Positions 26,350 to 41,040 are shown, counted from the first letter of the whole stretch. The stretch is DNA of 63,794 bases, filler included, from Octopus bimaculoides (GCF_001194135.2; 9 parts of 8 records of this genome joined end to end with filler, not necessarily neighbours in it); one strand, 5' to 3'. Made by a program: numbers and translations. The notes: a model not told the origin generated them from the sequence alone.

Positions 26350-27056
26350 CGATGGCTGAAATGAAGGAACGGAGAGCTTCCATAAAATTCTGTTTTCTGC
26401 TGGAGAAAATGGCATCCGTAAAAGTTGTCACGCTTAGATTACAAGGGCGCTAACAGGAGTCAAATACAAGATTCCAGTTGGTTTCACGTTTTAGGAATGG
26501 TCAAATATCGCTTGAAGACCAACCTCATTCAGGACGACCGTCAACCTCCCGAACGAATGAAAACATCATGAAAGTTGATGAACTGATATTGGAGGACGGT
26601 CACCAAACAATTCACGAATTTGTACATATGACCGGTGTGACCCGGAGTCTTGCCGACGAATTTTGTGCGAGGAATTGCGAATGAAAAGAGTTGAAGCAAA
26701 ATTTGTACCTCTCTTACTCACAGAAGATCAAAAGCAGTCAGGAGTGAATGCGTGTTGCGAACTGAAAGAACAGCTGTAAGTTGATCCGCAGCTTTTTTCT
26801 AAGTCAGCAGTGGTGACGAAAGCTGATTCTACGGAATTTGCAGATGTAGAGGAGATGAAGAAAAAAAAACGACCGGCGCGTGAAAAGGCATTACTTCTCG
26901 AGAGTTCCAGTACTGTTTTGTATACTGGAAAACGCGTTTCGATTGATAAATTGCTTTAAATAGAGAATAATTCGAAGACGATAAAAGTGTAAACATGTAA
27001 AAACAAGTGAAGAAAGTAATATCGGAAAATTCCTATTTCTTTTGGGTACCTCTTCT
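26350..27056 (+). mobile_element. Internally deleted mariner element
   Basis: MAEMKERRASIKFCFLL, RFRNGQISLEDQPHSGRPSTS, RMKRVEAKFVPLLLTEDQK; TIR-like end ttcctatttcttttgggtacctc. Confidence 0.85.
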
Positions 27057-28264
27057 NNNNNNNNNNNNNNNNNNNNNNNNNNNNNNNNNNNNNNNNNNNN
27101 NNNNNNNNNNNNNNNNNNNNNNNNNNNNNNNNNNNNNNNNNNNNNNNNNNNNNNNNNNNNNNNNNNNNNNNNTATATATATATATATATATATATCAGAA
27201 ACAAAATTGCTTATCATATGAGTGTGCTATTGGCAGAATTGACGGGCATATATATATATATATGCTTCGAAAATGATTTCTTATATTTATTAAAATCCTA
27301 AATATTTGTATATTAGCTAAATATTTTAAAATCGCGAATGTGATTTGCAATCTGCAAACCACTGAAAATTTTATTTCAGAGTAGTTCTTGAAAGTTAACC
27401 ATAGTGCAACACTGAGGAAATGTCAGGATTGTAACCCTCAGCTCTCAAATACCAATGAACCTGTTCATGTAATAACAACATAAGGCTAATATATCGTTAA
27501 AATATCACACAATTTATATATCAATATCATCTGCTGGATTTTGTACATTGATGAGCGTTGCATTAACATTACATCAAGTTTAGGTAGGTAAGTGTGATTA
27601 ACATTTATTAAGTGGATTTGCGAAGGATACTACTCATTAACAGTGACATAGCACTTGACGTTCATACGGTGCTGTTAGATGCAGAAGAAATGGAATCAAT
27701 TTTCCAGCATCCTGGCTGACAAGGATATAAAAATAATGAGGGTAGAATTTACTTTGGAAGTATTGGGATCATTAATTCTGAAATGCTAGCTTGCAAAATG
27801 CAAGATAGCATGTCAAAAGCTTTTCTCTGCATGGCTTCTCAATGCTCCTAGGAAAGGGAACTCTAAGTCATTAACGATTATCGAATTTTATTAGACATCT
27901 CAGTAAAAATCTATACATTATCTAAATATTTACAAACGCAAATGTATTTTGTTATTAATGTTAAATGACTTATGGGGTGTTACACGTTTGAAGTAATCTA
28001 GACAGTAGATGATGGTTTTTATATATACTTTTAATATTCATTATACACATAAGACTATGTGTTAGAAACAGGGTAATTAGTAAGTACATCGCACACTCTG
28101 TAATAGGATACTTACGTAACTATATGTAGATAAGCGGCAAAAGGAAGATATATCTGTTATTATATACAATTCAAGTAAGTAGTTTTGTAATGTTGCTAAT
28201 ATCCTGAATATTAACACTCTCTCTCACAAATGAATACATACAAAAATTTTATATATACTTTGCG

Positions 28265-28301
<37 letters not shown>

Positions 28302-28449
28302 GTGTGTATGTACGAGTGTTTGTGCCTGTGTGTGATTGTGCCTGTGTGTGGCGCTATGTGCGTGTGTGTGTGTCTGTGTGTGTGTGTGTGTGTGTGTGCA
28401 TGAGTGTGTGTAATGCCGTTGCTTACTTCTACCTGATTTCTATATTTTA

Positions 28450-30250
28450 GAAAGCCATGTAGCCCCCTCTCAAAGTTTTTCGACTATGACAGGATCACCC
28501 AGCTTGTGATATGTCATAACTTGGTCGAATTTATCAAGGGACTTTGCAAAGTCGAAATTTATCACGTGCGCAACTAAGTTGTTGGCAAAATCTTTGTCAG
28601 TAGTTTCTAGCCGATCGTAAAGGACGCTGGGTGACAGTCAGGAAGTCATTCTCTTCAAGACCTGTAACTACTCTCGTTCGCACTATTCGCTCCCTCCTGA
28701 TGTCTGAGTTTGGCGAGATCGGCCTAGAATTTGTAACTTTTGCTCTGTTTTCTCTTTTATGGATAGTGTATATTATTCCCTGCTTCAAATTTCCTGAGAG
28801 TTTACCACTTGCAAGGGAGCTCTGAAAAAAATAATTTGCATTGGTTTTGCCAGGAGTCGTTTGCATGTTTTGAGAAGGTTTGCTGGGAATCCTTCAGAAC
28901 AATCAACTGAGTTTCAGTGTACTTCATCTACAGCCAGTATTTCGTTTTATTTCATGTCGATGTAAATAATCATCACTGTTTCGCTGGTTACAATTGTAGT
29001 GGCAAAGAACCCTGCCGTTTTGTCCATTTGCCTGTCTCCTAAAATGGTTGGGAAAATACTTTTGAACTCTTTGCTGGCAACCTGTTATTCATGACAGCAT
29101 GAATCCCTCGGGCCATCCCACATAGGGTAAGTTGAAATGACCCACTTGTAAAACACTCAAGTATTGTTCTATATTTGTGACGCGGTGTGATTTGGAGCAT
29201 CTCATGTGCAATATGTGCAAAATATCACGATATAAAGGTGTATGTTATGTACAATTTGAATACCGCATACTGAATTTTAATAAGACCCCAGGATCTTGAG
29301 TGTGAGATCATCACGGATGTAAACTGAAGCACAACAGTGAATCCTTTCCCTTCAGTTATTCGTAATAAATCATACTTCCGTATGTTACTTCTGCGTCACC
29401 TCTATTTAGTCTTAGATGCATTTCCACATGTGATATGCATAGAGCTTGATCGTATGCAACAAGGACGCTTAGGAAAAACATTTTTCTTTCGTTGTAAGAA
29501 TGCAACATACCCCCGATATTCGTTAGAATTATTGATGTGACGCCTGTGCTGGTTTTAGTCTTGGCTATCTTGTATGTGTCGAATGTGTTAGCCTTGTGTG
29601 GCGGCAGTTATGCTTCTAAATCTGTGCCTGATGCAGCCAGGTCAGCTGCTGCACAATGTTTTTGTACAATATTTTTGTTAGGTTGCTTCCCTGTTTGAAG
29701 CTGCACCCACGACGTCTGCACATCCTGTTTTAGGTGTAGACAGTGTGCGATTAATTGTTCTTTCGTGTCCTGCATTTCTTCGTGCTCCTTGTGGAAAGAA
29801 GTATAGACTTTTGGTATACATTCAAAGAATGTGTAAAACAGCATTTTTCACACTCCTCTCCATGCCAGTTGCTTCTTTGCAGGTAAAATCTGTATATGCT
29901 TCTACTTTTGTACCTCTTTGTTTTCTCGTGCACATTGTTAGGAGTCTTTTTTGCAGCAATGCTTGCTTTTTCTTTTATTCTGAAGGTTTCTCTGCAAATT
30001 CCACATTGGAGCAGTCTTGATTGTTTTCTGCCACGGTTTAACTTGGAGACTTTCGTTTTTATTTTTTTCTCCTTCTTTTTCTTTCTCTCTTCCTCCTTCA
30101 TCTTGTTTCTGGAAGATTTTCTTTCGTCTTTTATTTGTTTATTTTTCTTCCATTTTTAGCCCTTTATCATCAGTGTTCCCTTCGTTAGTTCTTTTGACGG
30201 TCTGCTGCTTTTGACAGTTGTTTCATAGAATGGCATTCATAATATAGATG
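28450..30250 (-). mobile_element. Degenerate CR1-clade LINE (ORF1 remnant, APE trace, RT N-terminus)
   Basis: TIHKRENRAKVTNSRPIS...ERIVR...LEENDFL; INFDFAKSLDKFDQ; GHFNLPYVGW (APE GDFN-like); Cys-rich CGICRE upstream. Confidence 0.7.
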
Positions 30251-31545
30251 TGTGGTCTGATGAGCGCATAAGAACAGGGAATTAGACTTTCTTCCACTGT
30301 ATCTGGGCTGAAATTCTGTTTAATGCTACCGTGATGCTTCCGTCTGCAAATTTCCAAGCTCGCAAAACAAATTTGGAGTTCTTTGATTGTCCAGTGTCTT
30401 GACGTCTTTGCAATATATACCTAGAACGAGAGAGAAAGATAGATAGAGAGAGAGGGAGAACAGAGAGCGACAATGAGGAAAAAGATACAGACAGAGAGAT
30501 AAATCTCCGTGCATGTGCATACAAATATATGTATACTCGTGCACACAAACACACACGTAAAGGTATAAGAAAAATGAGATACAGAGAAGACGAGAGAGAG
30601 AGTGAGAGAAAGTGAGAATGAGATTAAGTGGAAAGCAATGCGAAAGTAAACCTACAGCGATCGGTATGCCTGTACGGGAAAAAAATCAAGAAAGAAATTA
30701 AAACAGAAAATAGATATCAGTATAAGGTAAAAAGTTTCACTCCCATTTTATTATCTACGGTAACATATTTCTTTTACCGAAAAGTCGCTGTTAGTGTAAA
30801 CAAAACACGATATGCAATCCACATATCTTATGTGGTTTCTTAAAAGTTACGTGAGTGTAAAGAAAACTATTGAAGATCTTCACGTTGAATTTGATTAATC
30901 GAGAAATACGCAAGTTATAGGAGAAAGTAAGAGGATTAACTGCAGGTCTGCAGGATGTAAGGAGAAATAAATAATTATATAAACACTTACACTTTCTTGT
31001 ATATCTTAGACGTGTTTATTTAAGCGAAATTTGTGTAAAATATACACTTTATTTAATGAAAGGAGAATTCATGCAACAAAATTCGGAACCCAAACACGTG
31101 TAGTTGATAACTTTGTTTTAGGTGCTGGTACATCTGCAACCGTAATATTTAAGTATTTGCAGGCTCAACAGAAAATTATAATTCCATAGCTCAAAGCGAT
31201 TATNNNNNNNNNNNNNNNNNNNNNNNNNNNNNNNNNNNNNNNNNNNNNNNNNNNNNNNNNNNNNNNNNNNNNNNNNNNNNNNNNNNNNNNNNNNNNNNNN
31301 NNNNNNNNNNNNNNNNNNNNNNNNNNNNNNNNNNNNNNNNNNNNNNNNNNNNNNNNNNNNNNNNNNNNNNNNNNNNNNNNNNNNNNNNNNNNNNNNNNNN
31401 NNNNNNNNNNNNNNNNNNNNNNNNNNNNNNNNNNNNNNNNNNNNNNNNNNNNNNNNNNNNNNNNNNNNNNNNNNNNNNNNNNNNNNACAGGTAGTGTAGA
31501 CAACAAACAGATGCATTAGTTTAACGCTTGAGAGTAAAAATGTCT

Positions 31546-31578
31546 TTAAAGTTTCGAGCCTACGCTCTTCCGCAGAAC
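31546..31578 (-). ncRNA. Decayed hammerhead motif (family-1-like)
   Basis: Minus: CTGCGGA-a gagc gtag gctc-GAAAC-TTTA. Confidence 0.4.
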
Positions 31579-31869
31579 GGAAATCAGAAAGAAGCGAGGA
31601 GAGAAAATAAAGAATGTGTAGTGGCTAGCGATCTATCATGGCTCAGTTTATATATATATGAACTGAGCCACAAAAAAAAAGAGACGTCGCCCACATACTA
31701 CATAGAAACCGGTTTATTAACAGACTTGCATAGCATTCATAGAAGAGTGCTAATTTAGAAAACGTTCTTTCCTAATGATAAAGCGTCCTTTCCTGAAACA
31801 TGTTTGACGTCTTGGATCCAAAGAGTTGAACTCAGTAGCTCGTGTGACCAGCGTTACCGTTGATTACCA

Positions 31870-32800
31870 CCAGGTATTTTCTGCACATTTAATGCACCAA
31901 TGAAGATTATGGGGATAGCATCCCACACTCAGTAAAAATTTGCAGTGACTTATGCCACAGTTGTCGGCCTGGGACCGATGTCATTTAGATTTGTTTGGAT
32001 TTCATCCCACAGGTGCTCTATAGGGTTTAAGTTGGGAATGAAATCAGTTCATGGCAGTGTCCATTGTTGTGCTGTTGGAGGAAGTCTGTTGTCAATCTGG
32101 CAGAATGAGTACGGGCGTTGCCGTATTGCAACACATCATTCCGGTGACGGGCAAAGTATGACACAATGCGAAACCTCATCAATTGGTCGATGTACAGAGC
32201 AGCATTTACTCTGTCTTTCGAGCTTAGCTGATATTTTGGAAGACCACCGGTCCAAGTTTCAGGTCGAGTGAAATCCGGCCCCATACCACGATGCTCTATC
32301 CTCCCTATGACTCCCTTTCCCCCACACAGCCATCGGCATAAGTTCGCCCCTTCTTCTCCAAACCCTAACTTTGCTATCTTTCACAGAAATGCAATATCGA
32401 TTTTCGTCAGAGAAGACGACAATCTTCCACTGCAGGCGTCGACAAGACAGATTAAAAGATCTCAGCCGACAGCAAATTGTCTCTGTACAAATATGTCTTT
32501 GGTGAGTCCTTATGGTCTGCCTAACTGATTCTGTTGCCTTCTGGAATCGGTCCTGCAAGTGCTGTCGGTACAGGATGCAATCTTGACATGCCGTTGTAAT
32601 CCTAGGTTGGCCATTGTGTGGACAATCATCTGTGCTGTTGGTCGTATAGTATCGTTCGCTCATCCTCTCAATTGTCTGAAAACGGAAGTTCAAATTAATG
32701 GCAATGAACCATGGACGTTGACTAGCATGGGGACATCAGAGGGCTTGCTCCTTCTGATTTCATGTCAGTCTTAGTATGCTTCAGCGTTCGGGAATGATTT
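31870..32800 (-). mobile_element. Tc1-family transposase pseudogene
   Basis: GQPRITT, WKIVVFSDENRY, RVWRRRGE, LQYGNARTH, PNLNPIEHLWDEI. Confidence 0.9.
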
Positions 32801-33035
32801 TATTATTGCCCATTACGGAAGCACAAAGAGGAGACAGCACAATATGGTCTGGGGGTCGTATACACAGAAATGAGATAAAGCTTTACATGACAATGATGGT
32901 ATATATAACGAATAAGACACTTGTCCATCTTATTTTAAATACGCTCTCTGACAGACACCTTCTCTCCAGCGCCACCTTTCTTTTCAGGTGAAACGTAAAA
33001 ACATTTAGCAAGGCGAGGCCGGATATGAAGTTGCA

Positions 33036-34770
33036 TGTCACAAAAACCTTTCATCCTCGACCTCTCTCACAATTGCTACTACTATGAGAAAGCAATTCTT
33101 ACCTTCATCCGTAAGGACGTCCAGTGGGTTGATTTTTAAAATCGACTCACCTGATAGCTGAACTCTTCTCCCATCTGACAACAGGTGTTCTGCGTAAACT
33201 AACACTTCTGAAATACCTGGATTCTGAACAATAGCGGGAAAAACGGTTTCCACGTCCCACTCACGTCTTGGACAGGCCCAGGGTGGCATTGTCTGGTGAG
33301 TTTATCCCAAACGGGTAAGGCTCCTCTGTAACACTGCCAGGCTAAAGACTTCTGGAAGTTATCTAGTGTCTTCGGCCCAAAAGTTCTTTGGAACAGGCTG
33401 ACTAACTGGTTATCATCGAGACTCAGGGTCCTTCCCAGTTCATCCTCATTTCCAGCCTCTACCAATCTACTATAGAACGTCGCGGTGGTACCGAAACCGC
33501 TGACATTGCCTGAGCTGCGGAACTGGAGGAGCACCTTGCGACACTCCATGTACCAGGTACACAACCTCGATGTATGACGAAATCAGTTTTCTCTATCGAA
33601 AAAACCGGTAAAGCCGGGGAACATCTGTCTAGCAAACGGAGACCACACCCGTTCACCATCCAAGTACAGTCAGAGGTGACTCAACCTCAGCACATTTCTA
33701 CGCATCAATAGCCAAGGCATCCCTAACAAAACCCTTTAACGGCTTCTGATAGCAAATAGAACGTCTTGCAAGAGGAGCGGAGCCCTTCCACAAAAAGCGA
33801 AACATTTGTCTCTCCAACTTACTCAACCACGAATCTGGACAGGGAACGACGGTTAGGCGGTAAATGTTGACCGATGCGTTAAACACATTATCCACACCCA
33901 CTCTCCCTTTCAATGATAGCCACCGCCAAGACCAGGTCTTGATTATGTGGGTCACTTTGCCCGATACCTCTGACCAATGCTTTTCTATTTGGAGATCTGG
34001 ACCAATCCAGATTCCTAGCAACTTAACCGGGCCCTTCGTCCAGTGTCCTACGATACTGGGCATCAATCCGCCCCTCCAGGTGCCGAGTTGCAAGCGGACC
34101 GATTTTCCCAGTTAAGTTTTGCTCCTGCCACCGTCTCGTAAACCTTAATGGTTTCACCTACTTGTTGCAGGTGTTCCATCTTGGTCACGATGATAGTGAT
34201 GTCGTCCGCATACACCGTAACAGGTGCTCCACCTCCTGGATTTATCGGGATGTCACTCAGCTTTCTTAGCAATGGCTCGAGGGCCATTATGTACAAAAGT
34301 GGGGAGAGTGGACACCCTTGGTGAACCGAACGTTTGATGCAGAACTGTTTCGATAGAAGGCCGTTCACCCGAACGACCGAGTCAATGTTGTCGTACAACT
34401 CTTTGATCCATCTGAGTCCGAACTGCGCGAGGACAGTCACCAGGTAACGATGGTCCACCCTATCGAAAGCTTTAGCTTCGTCTTAATGGACCAGTGCCTT
34501 ACCTTAGCCAAATTTATTACCATAACCCTCTACGGTATAGCGTATAAGATGAAGATTGTCCTGGATGGTTCTGTTAGGGATCGTACAGGTTTGTGCTTCC
34601 CCGATCATGCCATCCGCGACCCGCATCAATCTTTTCACTAATGCCTTGCCGAAATCTTCATCTCTGCGTTCAGCAGAGTGATGGGCCTAAAATTATCTAC
34701 ACAATCCCCCTTGTCCGGGTCTTTCCTGACCAGCATCAACACTCCCGGGCGCACAGATCTGGGAATCTGG
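33036..34770 (-). mobile_element. Tx1/L1-clade LINE RT-to-3' remnant
   Basis: NFRPITLLNAEMKI, KAFDRMDHRYL-like, RSVHQGCPLSPLLY, YADDITI, KLLGIWIG, LSLKGRV, FRFLWKG. Confidence 0.92.
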
Positions 34771-34923
34771 GAACTGTGCTTGTTGCTTGCTTGTTTTGTT
34801 TGATGATTTCTGTAGATTCACTAAATTGTCCCTTCCTTGGTTTGCGAATAACAATCATTATTATAGAAACTTCAAATCCGATTAACCCTAAAAAATTAGT
34901 AAATTTGATTTCCATTGGTGTAG

Positions 34924-34964
<41 letters not shown>

Positions 34965-35271
34965 NNNNNNNNNNNNNNNNNNNNNNNNNNNNNNNNNNNN
35001 NNNNNNNNNNNNNNNNNNNNNNNNNNNNNNNNNNNNNNNNNNNNNNNNNNNNNNNNNNNNNNNNNNNNNNNNNNNNNNNNNNNNNNNNNNNNNNNNNNNN
35101 NNNNNNNNNNNNNNNNNNNNNNNNNNNNNNNNNNNNNNNNNNNNNNNNNNNNNNNNNNNNNNNNNNNNNNNNNNNNNNNNNNNNNNNNNNNNNNNNNNNN
35201 NNNNNNNNNNNNNNNNNNNNNNNNNNNNNNNNNNNNNNTTTACTAGACGCTCAGGAAAGGAAAGAAAGAGG

Positions 35272-35306
35272 ATTTGACGTTTCGAGTGAAGCTCTTCATC
35301 GGAAAT
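35272..35306 (-). ncRNA. Minimal type-I hammerhead motif (family 1), U4 to C
   Basis: Minus: attt-CCGATGA-a gagc ttc actc-GAAAC-GTC-aaat; flank homologous to 14570-14660. Confidence 0.62.
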
Positions 35307-36476
35307 ATAGGAAAGCCCAAAGAAGGGAAGACGGAGAAAGAAAAAATCACCAACGATATACACGAGGTTGGAGTATTTCGGAGTTCTCCCTGCGATACAT
35401 TAAGTAAACAAAGGGAGAAATTTCCATTGGTCTTCTATTCATACGTACTACGGAATTATCCCGCCGAGAAGATGCTAAATATAGAAAACTATTATTAGTT
35501 AATTTATACAATTTCATTTTTATATGAACTAATTTAAATGGATAAGAGAGTTGTTGTATTCGAGATGTTATTGTTTATATTATGTTTGTTGCCATTATAC
35601 GTAGGAGAACACTTATATACTTAATGATATACATTTATATATACACATATATATTTGTTTCATGTTGCAATGACAAGTGACTATCTTTGACATGAAAGGG
35701 TTTGATTTGTATATGTTTGAGTTGAAATGAAGTGAATTTCAATGGTTGTAGAGTGCACTTACTTGATTGTATCGTCCCTTAAATTGTTCTTGTTGGTTTT
35801 TAATTGTAATTGTTGTATGATTGAATAATTAACTCTCACACTTATAACACATACATTTGAATTAATATTTACAATACAGCTGTCCTTTCACACGGAATTT
35901 CGTCTTTTTCTAAAGCCAAAGACCCTGAAGGGATTATATATATGATGGAACTGTGATTAAGTATATCAGAAAAAATATATATAAATCGAAACAATTTGCT
36001 GGCCTTGTACTGTTTTTATAATTATATTTTATACCATATTCATAGTATTTAATGTAATATTGTAATATAAATAAATCATTGGATTGTCAATTGAATATCT
36101 CTATAATTTATCTTTATAATTCAATTATACCAATATTTGTATGGTATCCAACTGAAGTATCAGTGAACTGGATGTTTAACACACCCCTTTGGAGAATTTC
36201 TTTTCCTCAATTTGTTACTTCATATATATATATATATATATATATANNNNNNNNNNNNNNNNNNNNNNNNNNNNNNNNNNNNNNNNNNNNTTAATTAATT
36301 AANNNNNNNNNNNNNNNNNNNNNNNNNNNNNNNNNNNNNNNNNNNNTTTTCCTATATGTTCGTTCCGTTGTCTGTAGTTTATTGTTCTAACGTCCTGTAC
36401 CCTGATATGCATGTATATACACATGTAGATGTAAGTATGTACATATATGTGTGTATACATGTATATATATTCTTTG

Positions 36477-36514
<38 letters not shown>

Positions 36515-36665
36515 GACGGGCTTCTTTCAGTTTCCGCCTACCAAATCCACTCACAAAGCTTTGATCGGCCCGAGGCTATAGTAGAAGACACTTGCCCAAG
36601 GTACCACGCAGTGGGACTGAACCCGGAACCATGTGGTTGGTAAGCAAGCTACTTACCACACAGAA
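36515..36665 (-). mobile_element. SINE family B 5' half
   Basis: gacgggcttctttcagtttccgcctaccaaatccactcac...cttaccac. Confidence 0.85.
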
Positions 36666-36669
36666 TGTA

Positions 36670-37200
36670 TGAATGTATATAAATATTCATACATATATAC
36701 CTAAATATATGAGGTTTATGTGCATGTATGCATATGTGTGTGTGTGTGCAATATATATAATACCTATATTATATATTATGCATATATTATATATATGCTT
36801 ATATATATATATATATGCGGAGAAGTATAATTATATATACTTTTTATGTGTGTGTATGAGTACATACACACACACTCCATACACACATATACGCGCACCT
36901 ATATATATATGCATGCATATATACCTATATACATACATACATGCATACATATATACATATATACATATATACATACATGCATGCATATATACATACTTAC
37001 ATACATGCATATGTGAGTGTGTATGTATGTATATTGAAATAAATACATGCAAACACGCACAAAAAGATATACAGAACAATGTATGTATGCGTGCGTATGT
37101 GTACACGTACTTATGTACTTACTTACATAGATACATATATACATTCACACATCGACACATACCTACCTACATACGTATTCTTCGCATATATACGAGCGCA
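36670..37200. repeat. Degenerate TA/CA/TACA low-complexity tract
   Basis: Visible composition. Confidence 0.85.
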
Positions 37201-38256
37201 CATTTTAAAGGCATATAATCAAATAAAAGCAAAACAAACTGAAGCTGTGTGTCTATCAAATTAATCAGATGAGGATGTGATAAAATAGTGTTTAATTGTG
37301 CGTATCACTTTGATGAGTCGCTGTCCTATCCGTGACAGTTCGGGTTTGTCCGTTATCTCCCGCGGGAAGCTTTCCGAATTCTATTATCTACAAGTTTTGT
37401 CACGGACAGGCAGAATAATGGATATAACAATTTAGAAATGGACCAAGAATTGTCACAGATTTACAAAAATATTGAATGACCGGCTACTGACGAGGCTATG
37501 TCTAGTTTTGTCGTCTCTTAATTCGATTTTGCTACGAAATTCTTCATTTTGGATCATCTCCCTACTCATTTTAAAATTTGTGGTATATGATTTTTATGTA
37601 TTTTGCTGGAAGAAAACCAGACACAATTATGAAGCTGAAATGGCCGTAGTTTTTGGAGCGCCCAACATTTGATACCTTATTCAACTGGTTACAATATTCA
37701 TGCTAGAAGTTTTGCTCAAAGAGCAGACTTGAGCGAACGATACAGTCCCGAGCTGAAAAATATCTTAAACCAATTAGAGACATAAAATCCTGCGTCACCC
37801 GAGGAAAACGTTTTGACACAGATGAGGTGAGGGTTCAAGTCGAGAGAACAAAAGAAAATTCAACAACAACGTTAAAGATCGATGAACTGCTTTTGATTCC
37901 AGCATACGTCGACCGGAGATGCCTAAAAATAAAGGTTGCTGAAGTACAACAAAAAGTAAATATTTTCTCGCTGGTTGCAGCCGTATTATATGGTAGAGAA
38001 AATAAAACGTGTATTTTGCAAGTCCACGGAGTGGGAAAGATGCTTTCGTCAGGGACAAGGATGAATTGGATCTATTAATCCAAACAAACCAAGGAACATT
38101 GAAGCCATCCCTGATGTAATCAACTTCTCAAATGGCTTATAACTACTTATAACAGTTGCGGACAAAAGACCGAGATGCCAAATATATGGGGCATCTTCTT
38201 AGTGCAAGTTTTGAAGAGTGCAGTTCGATTTTAACAGCTATTTTTTCAAAGCTATA

Positions 38257-39291
38257 ATGGAAGTGACAAAGGAGCATATTCGGCATATTTTGCTTTATCA
38301 GTTCAATAAAGGCAACAACACAACGGAAAGTGCAAGAAATATTAACGCAGCATATGGGGATTGGATAATAAGCGTAAGCCAGTGTCAACGGCGGTTCCAG
38401 AAATTCCGGGCCGGAAACTGCAGCCTAGAAGACAAGCCTCGTCCTGAAAGATTTGTAGAGCTCGAGGAAAACGTCCTGCAAACTCTGGTGGAACAAAATC
38501 CGATCGTAATTGTTAAGAACTAGCAGAGAAGCTTGGATTTGGTCATTCAATCATTCATCGACATCTGCGTGCCATTGGAAAAGTCGGAAAATTAGGTCTC
38601 GCAGAGCTCTTCTTTGCTGTCACATCTCACGATTGAACCATTTTTAGCCCGAATAGTGACTGATGATGAGAAATGGGTTTTCTATAAAAATCTCAAGCAC
38701 CGAAGACAATGGGTAGGGAAAAGATAAACACCGGCACACCAGACTAAAGGTCTTCACCCACGTAAGGTGTTATTATCTGTTTGGTGGGATATGTAAGGTT
38801 AAGTCCACTTTGAACTTTTAAAGAGATCTACTGTGAGCAGCTTGAGTGGCTTAAACCAGCGCTAGAAGAAAAACGACCATCTTTGGTTTCAAGATGAAAG
38901 GTGTTCTTCCATCAGGAGAATGCTCGGTTACATACAGCGGGGACGACATTCCAAAGGCTGGAGCAATTTGAATGAGAATCAATGCCCTGCCTACCATATT
39001 CGCCGGACATTGCCCCATCTGATTATCATCTATTCCGCAATCTTCAAAATCATTTGGACGGAAAAAATATGAACTCTGTAGACAAAGTCAGAACAGTATT
39101 GGAGGAGTATTTTTCTTCATGGACAAGTGAATTTTTGAAGAGGGACCTTGCATGTCTACCAGGTAGATGGAAGAGCATTGTAGAAAATGAAGGAGAGTAT
39201 ATTTTAGATTAAAAAAGAACTTTTTTTTATCTTAATTTTGAAAAATAAAAGAAGCATTAAAAAACCACATTATTTATGGGGTGACCCAATA
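38257..39291 (+). mobile_element. Near full-length mariner transposase pseudogene
   Basis: MEVTKEHIRHILLY..., IVTDDEKWV, HQENAR, YSPDIAPSDYHLF...EGEYILD*; 3' TIR-like ...ggggtgacccaa-TA; 5' TIR not found. Confidence 0.92.
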
Positions 39292-39439
39292 CATCAACAC
39301 ACAGACATTATTTATACTGACTGTATCACACAGCTGCAGAACGTCCCAGGTCAAATAAAAATTATAAAAACAAACCAAGAAACGCATAACATAATTGCCA
39401 AGGGAATGAGAAATTTCTGAGGGTCTATTTTTAAGAAAC

Positions 39440-40340
39440 TTCATAAAGTGCTGGATCTTGTGATACGGATTATCTTCCTGGGTTCAGAAAGTAACTCAAA
39501 AGTGCTCGGCATAACCAGCAGTGAAGATCATACATTCAGTCTTGTATCCATCTATGCCCCCAACAGAAGGAGCGTCCAGATTTCTTCAGATGACTAGAGG
39601 CCTTTCAAGGAACTTCCCGCTCTTCAGTGCCAGTGAGCGATTGGATCGGCATCTTGGATGCACGCAAAGTTTGTGTGGGGCTAGCCGAATAATGCCAGGG
39701 ATGAAAAAGCCTTGCAAACGTGCTCAGTCTTTTCCAACTGTCTTACAGATACCGACTTCATTACTCGAATGCGCTGATATGAACATAGATAAACTAGATC
39801 AGGTTGTCCGGATCGTATCTAGATAGAGTATTCTGTAGGCCAGTAAATAGAAATAGCAGAGGATGTCCAGAATTCAAATTAGTCAGCTACCCAGATCACA
39901 AATTTGTGATCTGTTTGTTCGACCTAGATAAATTACATTGGCAGAGCTTCAGTTAATGGCAGCTAAACGTACATTTCCCGCCCCACCATGCTGACTTACG
40001 GGTTAAATTGCTTGTGGTCTGATTTAGTCTAGATCCCTAGTTGGGCAGGAATTGGGACGAGGTGATGGACAGGATGGCTAGCCTCATACAGAAATGAACT
40101 GAGAGAAAGACATCATTTAAAGGTCGGGTAGTGGTAGCGAACGTCTACATCGAATGTCAACAATTACCGCCTGACTGTCATGCTTTGTCCCATTTCACAT
40201 CTGAACAGACTGAAGCGTCTATTCTTTCACTTTCTGTGGAAGAGACGCATTCCAGGTAGGGGCTCTATTTGTTGTCAACACCCGCTGGATGGAGGACTGG
40301 TAATGCCGTGACTAATGATACACATACATGCGCTATGGAT
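39440..40340 (+). mobile_element. Older, internally deleted Tx1-clade LINE
   Basis: SIYAPN, SYLDRVFCR, YPDHKFV (APE); LKGRVVVANVYI, FFHFLWK, GGL.MP (post-RT). Confidence 0.65.
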
Positions 40341-41040
40341 GTGGCATCACCAGTACTTCATTGATGGTGATCAGGTGGGTCGTCGTTTGTCAGACGCATT
40401 TTTTATTTTGTTTGTTGTTTTATTGCAGCTCATTTCTTTGATAGAGCTGCAGTCCCGGAACATGCGAAGATCATGAGAGGACGCTTGTCACCTAGAATAT
40501 CATCAGGCATTCACAGCCCTTTATCACTCTACGAGTGATCATGTAAATGCTCCCTTGTTGGCCCGAAGTGCTTAGCAATATTTTAAATTAAAATTTCTAT
40601 GATCTGAATCCAAACCTTGCTGGTTCAGTTGACCCTCATCTTCCAAACATCGATATCAAATAGTATCAGTTGCATATTGGATTTGATTTAGTTAGCTAAA
40701 ATGATGATCGAACTGATGAAGATTGAATTGTGATGGTTAATCTATAACATACATGTCAGCAATAAAATGCCACGGACGTTTAGTTGACACGTGATGAATG
40801 TTGACAAAAGGAATCCCAGAGCAGTATCATATTATAGAAAACCTATCTAGTCTGCGATCTGTATCTCATTCTTAAAGATTATATACTGTTGAAAGTCTTC
40901 TAAACTGCATTCGTCTCGAGAAAGCATTTCTTGAAGATGTACAGAGTTAAAAATCTCAGAAATATATCAAAAGCAAGCGAAAGTCACCCAGCAACAGCAG
41001 CAGCGGCATAGCTAAATCCGGATTTCTGTGTTTTTTCTTT

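Noticed and set aside
37485-37550. CTGACGA...GAAATTCTTCA
   Set aside because: No stem I, II or III complementarity.
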